DNA of 64,000 nt from assembly GCA_964593565.1 (NCBI GenBank), contig CAZQIY010000005.1:18334-82333 (forward strand), in the 5' to 3' direction. The position numbers and the translations under genes are program-made. Below the pieces are notes generated by a model that saw only the letters and a program-made list of their open reading frames with translations, was not told the origin of the DNA and made no database searches. Shown piece by piece: positions 35,320-44,200 of the stretch. The stretch comes from an uncultured Anaerolineaceae bacterium. Lineage in GTDB: Bacteria; Chloroflexota; Anaerolineae; Aggregatilineales; Phototrophicaceae. Position 1 is the first letter of the stretch, and each line of letters starts with the position of its first letter.

Positions 35320-35344
35320 GAAAAACGCGCCTTGGGGCAGGCGC
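35320..35344 (-). terminator. rho-independent terminator after tRNA-Gly
   Basis: Minus strand reads GCGCCT-GCCCCA-AGGCGC followed by GTTTTTC (plus 35321-35344). Confidence 0.55.
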
Positions 35345-35355
35345 ATTTGCCGTAA

Positions 35356-35428
35356 AGCGGGTAACGGGACTCGAACCCGTGACACCTTGCTTGGGAAGCA
35401 AGTGCTCTACCAACTGAGCTACACCCGC
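35356..35428 (-). tRNA. tRNA-Gly (anticodon CCC)
   Basis: Reverse complement GCGGGTGTAGCTCAGTTGGTAGAGCACTTGCTTCCCAAGCAAGGTGTCACGGGTTCGAGTCCCGTTACCCGC folds as a cloverleaf. Anticodon loop TTCCCAA, T-loop GGTTCGAGTCC. CCA is not encoded. Confidence 0.95.
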
Positions 35429-35439
35429 AACCTGACCAA

Positions 35440-35468
35440 ATTATAGGGGGCGGGCAGGGGTGTGTCAA
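35440..35468 (-). promoter_or_regulatory. consensus sigma-70 promoter driving tRNA-Gly
   Basis: Minus strand reads TTGACA, a 17-nt spacer (cacccctgcccgccccc), then TATAAT (plus attata 35440-35445, tgtcaa 35463-35468). The -10 ends 11 nt before the tRNA 5' end. Confidence 0.75.
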
Positions 35469-35600
35469 GAGTCTGCCCGGCCATCTGCCCTGTAATGAAG
35501 TTTGTGATAGCTGATAATCAACCCTAACAATCTGCAACCGCCTTTGGCTATAATCCCTCTTTGGGTGTGGTTCCGCCACGAAGTATGACAGGACAGGCAC

Positions 35601-36602
35601 TTGAAGCACTGGCGAATCGGGTTGCTGGGGGCGGTGGTCAGCCTGCTGGCGCTCTATTTCATGCTTTCTCAGGTCGATCTGGCGCGGCTGGCACAGGCGC
35701 TGGCGGCGGCGCGTTATATTTATGTACTGCCTTCGGCGCTGCTGCTGCTGGCCGGGCTGCTGACTCGTGCGGTACGCTGGCGGGTGCTGCTCAATGGCGC
35801 GCTGCCGCTGGGGCGGGCCTTCAGCATTACCAATGTGTCCTATCTGGTCAACGGCCTGCTGCCGCTGCGCATGGGCGAGGTGGCCCGGGCGGTGCTGGCT
35901 TCGCGTGTAGAGCCGCCGGTGCCGGTGTTAAAATCGGCCAGTTCGATCATCGTCGAGCGCATGCTGGATTTGCTGGCGGTGCTGCTGCTGCTGGGGTTCG
36001 CGCTGGCGTTTGTCCCGGCGCTGCCAGATGATTATCGCACGGCGGCGATTTTCACGGTGCCGCTGCTGCTGGTCGGCTTTGGGGTGCTGGTGACGCTGGC
36101 AGCCCGGCGGGCGCATCTGCACCGTCTGCTGGCGTGGATCGTACAGCGTGCGCCCCTGCTTCAGCAGCGGAACCCGGCCGCGTGGCTCGATCATTTTCTG
36201 GATGGCCTGCTGCCCCTCACACAGCCGGCGCTGCTGCTGCGGGCGCTGTTCTGGACCGTGATAAGCTGGGGTTTTTCGCTGGCAGCCGGGTATATACTCA
36301 TGTTTGCCTTTTATGACCGGGCAGACTGGGCGGCGGCGGCGCTGTTTATCGCGGCGGCGGCGTTCGTTATCGCGGTGCCGGCGGTGCCGGGCAATATCGG
36401 CACCTATGAATGGGCGATCATGCTGGCCATGAGCGCGATGGGTTACGGCGCGGCCACAGACCCGGTGAATGTCTCCTTTGCGGTGGTGGTGCATGCGCTC
36501 AATCTGGCGCTTTATGCGGTGATGGGCACGCTGGGGTTTGTGCAGGAAGGCATCAGTCTCAACCGCCTGACCCGCGAAGTAGAAGGTTATCGCGCAACAT
36601 AA
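35601..36602 (+). CDS. UPF0104 / lysylphosphatidylglycerol-synthase-TM-domain family membrane protein (flippase-like)
   Basis: 333 aa, TTG start. KHWRIGLLGAVVSLLALYFMLSQVDLARL, RAVRWRVLL and PGNIGTYEW motifs. Eight TM helices. Confidence 0.8.
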   Translation: MKHWRIGLLGAVVSLLALYFMLSQVDLARLAQALAAARYIYVLPSALLLLAGLLTRAVRWRVLLNGALPLGRAFSITNVSYLVNGLLPLRMGEVARAVLASRVEPPVPVLKSASSIIVERMLDLLAVLLLLGFALAFVPALPDDYRTAAIFTVPLLLVGFGVLVTLAARRAHLHRLLAWIVQRAPLLQQRNPAAWLDHFLDGLLPLTQPALLLRALFWTVISWGFSLAAGYILMFAFYDRADWAAAALFIAAAAFVIAVPAVPGNIGTYEWAIMLAMSAMGYGAATDPVNVSFAVVVHALNLALYAVMGTLGFVQEGISLNRLTREVEGYRAT

Positions 36603-36618
36603 CATATACAGGAACGCA

Positions 36619-37797
36619 ATGTCCGCGAACGGTAAATCGTCGGAAAAACTGAAAATTCTGATCGCCTTGCTGTATTACTTTCCGCACCGCACCGGGCTGA
36701 CTATTCATGTGCAGCGGGTGGCGGAGGAACTGGCGCGGCGCGGGCATGAGGTGACGGTGCTGACGGCGCGCTATCACATCTCGCTGCCGCGTGACGAGGT
36801 GATTCATAACGGCGTGCGCATCGTCCGGTTGTGGACTCCGCCGGTGGCCGTCAGCCGGGGCATGGTGATGCCGGCTTATCCCTGGGCGGCGCTGGGGCTT
36901 ATGCTGCAGCATGATGTGGTGTGGGTGAATGTGCCCATGCTGGAAACGGCGCTGCTGGCGGTGCTGGCACAGCTTACCGGGCGCCCGATTGTCGCCACCC
37001 ATCATGGCGACCTGATCCTGCCGGAAGGCCGCCTGAACCGGTTTATCACAGATACCATGTTCTGGATGTACAAATTCATGGCACGGCGCAGCGCCCGCCT
37101 GATCGCCTACAGTCAGGATTATGCCGAGCATTCCTACTATCTGCGCCCCTTTCTGGATAAGGTGACGGTGATCTCTCCGCCGATTCACATGCCGCTGCCA
37201 GACCCGCAGCGGGTGGAGGCGTGGCGCAGCGAATGGGCCAACAACGGCGGCCCGGTGATCGGGTTTGCCAGCCGCTTTGTCGAGGAAAAACGGCCGGACC
37301 TGCTGCTGCGCGCCCTGGAGATTATCAACCAGCGCTACCCTAATGCGCGGCTGGTATTTGTGGGGGAGTATCCCATCAAGTACGAAAAGGAATTCTGGGA
37401 TCAGAACCAGGGGCTGCTGGAACAATACAAGGATCAACTGGTGTTCCCCGGCCTGATGACCGATATGCAGGCCATGGCGGATTTTTACGCCGCCTGCGAT
37501 GTGCTGGCGCTGACCAGCGATTCTGAATGTTTCGCGCTGGTACAGGTGGAGGCGATGCTGTGCGGCACGCCGGTGGTCATGACGGATATTCCGGGTGGGC
37601 GCGTGCCCGTGCGCGAAACCGGCATGGGCCGGCTGGCCAGGGCGGGCGACTGGCGCTCGATTGGCGAGGCGATTGTGGAGGTGCTGCAAAATCGCGAGCA
37701 GTACATCCGCCCGCGTGAAGTTATCGAGGCGAAGTTTTCCTTCCAGGAAACGGTGGATCGTTACGAGAAGGTATTCTATGACCATGCCCGACGCTGA
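36619..37797 (+). CDS. glycosyltransferase family 4 (GT-B fold, group 1)
   Basis: 392 aa. KILIALLYYFPHRTGLTIHVQRVAEELARRGHEV and the E-x7-E region ECFALVQVEAMLCGTPVV. Confidence 0.88.
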   Translation: MSANGKSSEKLKILIALLYYFPHRTGLTIHVQRVAEELARRGHEVTVLTARYHISLPRDEVIHNGVRIVRLWTPPVAVSRGMVMPAYPWAALGLMLQHDVVWVNVPMLETALLAVLAQLTGRPIVATHHGDLILPEGRLNRFITDTMFWMYKFMARRSARLIAYSQDYAEHSYYLRPFLDKVTVISPPIHMPLPDPQRVEAWRSEWANNGGPVIGFASRFVEEKRPDLLLRALEIINQRYPNARLVFVGEYPIKYEKEFWDQNQGLLEQYKDQLVFPGLMTDMQAMADFYAACDVLALTSDSECFALVQVEAMLCGTPVVMTDIPGGRVPVRETGMGRLARAGDWRSIGEAIVEVLQNREQYIRPREVIEAKFSFQETVDRYEKVFYDHARR

Positions 37798-38653
37798 CGG
37801 CGGCGTTGATCCGCAGGTGATCGCACATATGACGCGCAACGAGGCCGACATGGCCTTCAAAAAGCGCGTCCAGACCATCTTTGAATGGATCGACCCGCGC
37901 GATGACAGCCTGATTCTGGATATCCCCTGTGGGCGGGGGTTTTACCTGAACATGTTTCGCTACGTCAGCCGCTGCCAGCTTGTGGGGGCGGACCTGGATT
38001 GGGACGTGATGCTGAAGGCGCAGCGCAACGTCGGCCATCTGCCAGACATTATGCTGAATCACGCCAGCATTTATGCGCTGCCTTACCCGGACAACACCTT
38101 TGACGGCGTTATTCTTTCTGAAGTGCTGGAACATCTGGAGGACGACGTGGCTGGCCTGCGCGAAGCCTTTCGCGTGCTCAAACCGGGTGGCGTGGCGGCT
38201 GTCACCGTGCCCAATGCCAATTATCCCTTCTGGTGGGACCCGATCAACAGGACGCTGGAAACCGTCTTTGGCACGCACATCAGCCGGGGGCCGCTGGCGG
38301 GCATCTGGGCCAATCATGTACGCTTATATACACAGGAACAGTTGGAAGCCAGCGTGCAGGCATCCGGCCTGATGATTGAGGAAACGCGTGCCTTTACGCA
38401 TTATTCGTTTCCGTTTATCCATAATATAGTGTATGGCCTGGGCAAACCGCTGCTGGAAGCCGGCATGATGCCGGAAACGCTGGCGAACGCGGCGGACCGC
38501 ACCACCTTCGACAAAAACAATGGCAGCCTGCTGAACCCGGTGAACCTGGGCCTGAGAGTGTTTAATTATTTTGACCGACGCAACGCCATCAGCGAACCGC
38601 CGGGCCGGTCTACTGTGAACCTGGCCGTGAAGGCGCGCAAACCGGAACGTTAG
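37778..38653 (+). CDS. class I SAM-dependent methyltransferase
   Basis: Internal ATG at 37778 (MTMPDADGG...) of track ORF 37595..38653. It overlaps the GT4 3' end by 20 nt. SAM motif ILDIPCGRGFY, then LPYPDNTFDGVILSEVLEHL and LKPGGV. Confidence 0.82.
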   Translation: MTMPDADGGVDPQVIAHMTRNEADMAFKKRVQTIFEWIDPRDDSLILDIPCGRGFYLNMFRYVSRCQLVGADLDWDVMLKAQRNVGHLPDIMLNHASIYALPYPDNTFDGVILSEVLEHLEDDVAGLREAFRVLKPGGVAAVTVPNANYPFWWDPINRTLETVFGTHISRGPLAGIWANHVRLYTQEQLEASVQASGLMIEETRAFTHYSFPFIHNIVYGLGKPLLEAGMMPETLANAADRTTFDKNNGSLLNPVNLGLRVFNYFDRRNAISEPPGRSTVNLAVKARKPER

Positions 38654-41176
38654 ATGACTGACATTTCTTCCTTACCGCCAGAAGCTTCTGACAACGAACC
38701 ACAGGCCACCCCGGACCGCAGCTTTGAGGATTTCACGCTGGCTGAAGCAGTCGGCCAGATGCGGCGGATGCCAGCGGCGACTCTGCGTGCGCTGCGTCAG
38801 GTGGCGCGTGCGCCGCGTGGGGCCACAGCCGCGCCAGTCGCGCTGACGCCTGCTGTGCGTGCACCTGTACAGCGGCGGCAGAAGGGTCGTGCGCAGCCAG
38901 TGCCGGATGCTCAGCGGCGCGAGGCGGCGTTGTTCGGCCTGCGCATGACGGCGTTTCTGGTGGCATGGTGGGGGGCGGGCATCCTGGCCAATACCCCCCT
39001 GCGCAGCGAGGAAGTCGCGCTGGCGGCGGGCGCGCCGTTTCTGCTGGGCGGGTTTCTGATCTGGCTGGGGTCGGAACTGTATGCCGACTGGCCGGAAATC
39101 CAGCGCCGCCGGGCACAGCGCAGGCAGGCCGCAGAAGCATCGAGCGCGGCGGATGCTGTCGATGTGCCCGCAGACACAGCGCAGCCAGAGCCGGTGGTGG
39201 ATGAGCAGCCGCCACCGGACAGCCCGGCGTTCCCGGCGTGGGCCGGGCTGCATCCTGCGCGGGTGATGACCGGGCTGGCGGCGGTGCTGCTCAGCCTGCT
39301 GGCGCTGGTGTTTACGGCCAATAATCAGTTTACTTTCATCGGTTTCTGGGGCTGGATCGCCAGCATTGTCCTGTGGGTGACGACGCTGGCGCCGCAGGAT
39401 AACGGCCCGCTGGTGTGGGTGCGCGGCGCACTGGTGGCGGTGCGCGGGATTCGCTGGCGCAGCGGGGTGGTGCTGGCGCTGCTGGCGATTCTGCTGCTGG
39501 GGGCGTGGTTCCGCCTGTCGGCGCTGGATACCGTGCCGCCGGAGATGACCAGCGATCATGTGGAAAAAATCCTGGATTCGCATGGGGTGCAGCAGGGCCA
39601 GCATAACGTCTTCTTTGCCAACAACGGCGGGCGCGAACCGTTCCAGATGTACGCGATGGCGCTGTTTGCCCAGCTTCCTGGCCTGGGCATGAACCATTAC
39701 ACGCTGAAGCTGCTGTCCGTGCTGGAAGGCCTGATTTCGATTGTGGCGCTGTTCTGGATGGGGCGCGAGATCGTCGGGCAGGAAAACCGGCGTTTTGGCA
39801 ATCTGGTGGGGCTGCTGCTGGCGGCGCTGGTGGCGGCCAGCTACTGGCATACTGTGCTCAGCCGCCTGGGGCTGCGCATCGTCCTGACCACGCTGGTGAC
39901 CGCCGCGCTGCTGATATTTCTGGCGCGGGCCATGCGCCACAACCGGCGCATCGATTTTATCAAGGCCGGGCTGGTGCTGGGCTTCGGGCTGTATGCCTAT
40001 CAGGCCGTGCGGATGCTGCCGGTGGTCGTGACGGTGGGCGTAGGGCTGGCATTTCTGTTCCACGCCCGCACCTGGCTGGATCGCCGGCGCTATCTGCTCA
40101 ACTTTGGGGTGCTGGTGCTGGTGGCCTTTGTCGTGTTTGTGCCGCTGTTTGGCTACTGGCTGCAATACCCGCAGGATTTCTGGCGGCGGACCCAGGGGCG
40201 TCTGCTGGGCGATGATCTGATCGTCACCACCGATGCCGCCGGGAACCTTGTAGAACGATCCGCCACCGTGCAGGAACGTCTGCAGGCCTTCAGCGAGAAT
40301 ATGCCGATTCTGGCGAATAACTTGCGTACCGCGCTGCTGATGTTCAACTGGAAGGGCGATGTCGCCTGGATCAATGGCGACCCGAACGCGCCCGCGATGG
40401 ATGTATTTACCGGCGCGCTGCTGATTGTCGGGCTGGCGGCGTGGCTGGCGCGCATGCTGCGGCGGCGCGATGTCTTTGACTGGCTGGTTCCGCTGGCGCT
40501 GCTGATCATGCTGCTGCCGTCGGCGTTGTCGATTGCCTATCCGGTGGAGAATCCCAGTCACACCCGCACCAGCGGCGCGCTGCCAGAGGCCTACCTGATC
40601 GCGGCGCTGCCACTGGCGCTGATGGTACAGTCGATAGTGCGGATGGCCCCTGGAACGCGGGGGCGGGTGGCATCTGTCGGGCTGGCGGTGGTCGTCCTGC
40701 TGGGGGCTTATAGCCAGAATTCCCACACCTATTTTGTGGGGCATCATGAGGCCTATATTGAATCCTCGCTGCCGTATACCGAAGCCGGGCGCGTGCTGCG
40801 CGGCTTTGCAGACAGCACCGGCAGTTATGGAAACGCCTTTATGATTGGCTTTTCCTACTGGTGGGATCATCGCGCACTGGGCATTGAGGCCGGGCGCCCG
40901 GACTGGCCCAACGGCATCATTTCTGCGGATAACCTGAAGGAATTCTTACGCATCGCTGCCCAGCGCACGGATGCCTACCAGCTTGACCCGGACCGGGACC
41001 TGATGTTCTTTTTTGCCACTGAGGATGAGAACACACAGGCGATTCTGGCACAGCATTTCCCCCAGGGGCGGACGGTGATCCGGCAGAGCTATCAGCCGGA
41101 TGACACCTATAACCTGTATCTGGTGCCGGCCCTGGGTGCCGATGGCTTCCTGCGGTGGCTGATGGAAGCCGGATGA
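38654..41176 (+). CDS. GT-C fold membrane glycosyltransferase (family 39-like), 840 aa
   Basis: ATG directly follows the methyltransferase TAG. After ~200 aa of N-terminal low-complexity sequence and TM helices comes the loop LDTVPPEMTSDHVEKILD, then GGREPFQMY, about 12 TM helices and a C-terminal soluble domain. Confidence 0.75.
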   Translation: MTDISSLPPEASDNEPQATPDRSFEDFTLAEAVGQMRRMPAATLRALRQVARAPRGATAAPVALTPAVRAPVQRRQKGRAQPVPDAQRREAALFGLRMTAFLVAWWGAGILANTPLRSEEVALAAGAPFLLGGFLIWLGSELYADWPEIQRRRAQRRQAAEASSAADAVDVPADTAQPEPVVDEQPPPDSPAFPAWAGLHPARVMTGLAAVLLSLLALVFTANNQFTFIGFWGWIASIVLWVTTLAPQDNGPLVWVRGALVAVRGIRWRSGVVLALLAILLLGAWFRLSALDTVPPEMTSDHVEKILDSHGVQQGQHNVFFANNGGREPFQMYAMALFAQLPGLGMNHYTLKLLSVLEGLISIVALFWMGREIVGQENRRFGNLVGLLLAALVAASYWHTVLSRLGLRIVLTTLVTAALLIFLARAMRHNRRIDFIKAGLVLGFGLYAYQAVRMLPVVVTVGVGLAFLFHARTWLDRRRYLLNFGVLVLVAFVVFVPLFGYWLQYPQDFWRRTQGRLLGDDLIVTTDAAGNLVERSATVQERLQAFSENMPILANNLRTALLMFNWKGDVAWINGDPNAPAMDVFTGALLIVGLAAWLARMLRRRDVFDWLVPLALLIMLLPSALSIAYPVENPSHTRTSGALPEAYLIAALPLALMVQSIVRMAPGTRGRVASVGLAVVVLLGAYSQNSHTYFVGHHEAYIESSLPYTEAGRVLRGFADSTGSYGNAFMIGFSYWWDHRALGIEAGRPDWPNGIISADNLKEFLRIAAQRTDAYQLDPDRDLMFFFATEDENTQAILAQHFPQGRTVIRQSYQPDDTYNLYLVPALGADGFLRWLMEAG

Positions 41177-41249
41177 GGCGCGGCGGTTGAGGAAAAACGT
41201 GGGGCAGTGTGTAAAATAACTGGTTTGTGTGGGCTGGATTTAAACGCTT

Positions 41250-44200
41250 ATGGCTGAAGCAAGTTTCGCGGCAGAAGGGACCGGACGGCGGGCGGGCTGG
41301 CTCAGCATCACCCTCAGCGATGTGGTGGTGGGGGTGCTGCTGGTGCTGGTGATGCTGGTGGGCGGGTATTTCCGCTTTGTGGGGCAGAACTGGGACGATT
41401 TTACCCACCTGCACCCGGACGAGCGCTTCCTGACGGATGTCGCGTCCTCTATCGGCGGGACGCTGCGCCCCAGCCATCCCTCATCCACCGACCAGCAGGC
41501 GCAGATTGACCTGTGCATGAGCCGCTACCCGAATACCGGCGGCATCGGCGGCTATTTTGACGCGGAATGTTCCACCCTCAACCCGCACAACGCCGGCAAG
41601 GGCCTGTATGTCTATGGGACGCTGCCGTTGTTCGCGGCCCGCGCGGCGGGCGATTTACTGGTCCAGCAGACCGGCGATACCTCGTTAAACAGTTACAGCG
41701 GGGTGCATCTGGTCTGGCGCAGCCTGTCCGCGCTGGCGGAGATGGTGGTGATTCTGGCCGTCTTTGCCATGGGCTACGAACTGCATGGTAAATGGGTCGG
41801 GCTGGTGGCCGGGGCGTTGTATGCCGCCGCCGTCTTTTCGATTCAGGCTTCGCATTTTGGCACGGCAGATGCCATGACCAACGCCTTTGCCGCGCTGGGG
41901 CTGCTGTTCGCGGTGCGGGTGCAGCTTCGCGGCGGACTGCTGGATTATGCATTTTTCGGGCTGGCGTTTGGGGCGGCCCTGGCCAGCCGGGTGAATATTG
42001 CACCGCTGGGCGGGGTGATTGTGCTGGCGGCCATGGTGAACGCGCTGCCGGTGCTGGATCTGCGGCTGGCGGCGGGGCTGCGCTGGCGGCTGCTGCGTCA
42101 GCACGCCCTGGGGCTGATGCTGGCAGGCATCCTGACCGTGCTGGTGTTCCGCATTTTTAACCCATATGCCTTTATGGGGCCGGGGTTCTTTGGCCTGGTG
42201 CCCAACCCGCGCTGGCTGGCGGATATTGCCCAGGCGCGGCATCTGGTCAGCGGCGCGGCGGAAATGCCGCCTAACTGGCAGTGGGTGGGCCGCACGCCCT
42301 ATCTGTTTGCGCTGAACAACATGGTGCTGTGGGGCATGGGGATCGCGCTCGGCCTGACGGGGCTGGCCGGGTGGGTGTGGTCTGGCTGGCGGCTGCTGCG
42401 CGGCAGCGCCGGCGCGCTGCGTAACCTGCTGCCGGTGATATGGTTTCTGGTGTATTTTGGCTGGCTGGGGGCCAACTGGGTCGCCACCATGCGCTATTTT
42501 CTGCCGCTGTATCCGGTCTTTGCGCTGCTGGCGGCCTGGCTGCTGGGCGAACTGGTGCAGCGCGCCCAGGGGCGGCCTGTGCCCCGCCTGTTGGCGGGCG
42601 CGTTCATGGTGCTGGTGGTGGGGTTCACCTTCCTGTGGGCGGCCATGTTCACCAATATTTACCGCCACCAGCTTACCCGCGTGCAGGCCAGCCACTGGTT
42701 CTGGGAGCAGGCACCGGGCGATTTTGCCATGCGGGTCGAAGGCGCGCGGCCGGATACCCCGCTGATCAATATCGCGGTGAGCAACGGCCCGGGGCAGGGG
42801 TATGACCTGCTGGTGAAGGCCTCTGCCCACTATGAAGAAAGCCCGTTTGAATATCTGTTCACCGCCCCGGCCACCGGCACAATCAGCAGTATATATGCGC
42901 CGCACCTGGGCGATAGAGACGATGACCCGGAACCGGAAACCGTCCGCGCGGCGATTCAGGCGGTGGATACGGGCGAAATTCTGGCGGAAGTGACGCTGAC
43001 CGCCAACCTGACACGCGCCAATCATGTGCTGGGCGATGCCTATGACATGCAGTTGGATTCGCCAGCAGCCGTGACCGGGGGGCAGCAGTATCGCTTCATC
43101 TTTGAGGTGATCGAGGGCGGGCCAGTGGTCAGCGGCGGTTCTGTGGTGTCGCATGAAGGCGGCTGGGATGATCCGATCCCCTATACCGTCTGCACGCTGC
43201 CACCGGGCATCAGTCTGGCGGATGATCCGCCGCCGGGCCTGCTGAACGCCCATAACTGCAATGGGCGCACGGCCTGGAGCGCGTTGATTGTGGGCTATGA
43301 CATGCCGCTGGCGACAGAGGATGAGGCGTATAAGCGCGATCTGATGCTGCAGGCGCTGCGCGACAGCGATTACCTGACCATCAGCAGCAACCGGTTTTAC
43401 GACTCGCAGAACCGCATCCCCACCCGCTGGCCGATGACCAACGCCTATTATGACAAACTATTCGCGGGCGAACTCGGCTTTGAGCTGGCAGCGCTGTTCC
43501 AGGAAACCTTCGAGCTGGGGCCGCTGCGTATTTCTGACCAGCACCTGCCGATTTACGACAGCCCGGCCTGGCTGAACGAATTTGAGGCGGAAGAAGCCTT
43601 TCATGTTTACGATCATCCGGTGGTGTTTGTGTTCCGCAAAACGGCGGACTACGATCACCGGCAGGTCGAGAACTTCTTCCACTCCGTCCCGCTGAACCGG
43701 GCTACAGCCGCCGGATCGAACCCGGTGGAAAACTGCCCGTCGGTCTTTATGCAGCCCGGCGGGGGCGGCTGCGATACCACCCTGATTGATACCTTCACCC
43801 TGTCCGCGCTGGATACAGACCCGGCCCCCACCCAGCTCATGCTGACGGACGAACGGCGGGCGATTCAGGAAACGAATGGCAGTTGGCACGAACTGTTTGA
43901 CCGCGACAGCATCATCAACACCCAGCCAGTGCTGACGGTGGCGGTCTGGTGGCTGGCGATTATGGTCATTGGCTGGGTGACGTGGCCGCTGCTGTTCGGG
44001 TTGTTCCCGGCGCTGGCGGATCGTGGCTATGCGGTGGCCAAGCTGGCCGGGCTGGTGCTGATCGGCTGGAGCACGTGGTATGCCGCCAGCGGCGGGCTGG
44101 CGTTGTGGTCGCAGGGCGGCATCCTGCTGGCGATGGCGCTGCTGGCGGTGGCTGGTCTGGTGGTGGTATGGCGGCACCGCGATTCGTTTTTTGGCTATGT

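Noticed and set aside
35266-35600. Genomic-island or prophage integration at tRNA-Gly
   Set aside because: No integrase, no direct repeat of the tRNA 3' end and no compositional break were seen. The flanking genes are housekeeping (L25) or part of the GT cluster.
37595-37777. Upstream extension of the methyltransferase ORF
   Set aside because: It lies fully inside the GT4 gene in another frame and is Ala/Arg/Trp-rich. The ATG at 37778 gives a typical methyltransferase N-terminus.
38672-40870. 732-aa minus-strand ORF, and similar long antisense ORFs (13823-15502, 23467-25518, 41685-43253, 43458-45059, 52920-54386, 54387-55616, 56139-57791)
   Set aside because: All lie opposite genes with clear family signatures (SBP, ABC exporter, GT-C proteins, NusA). 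All show the same R/Q/P/H/G-rich composition without recognisable domains, so they are shadow ORFs.
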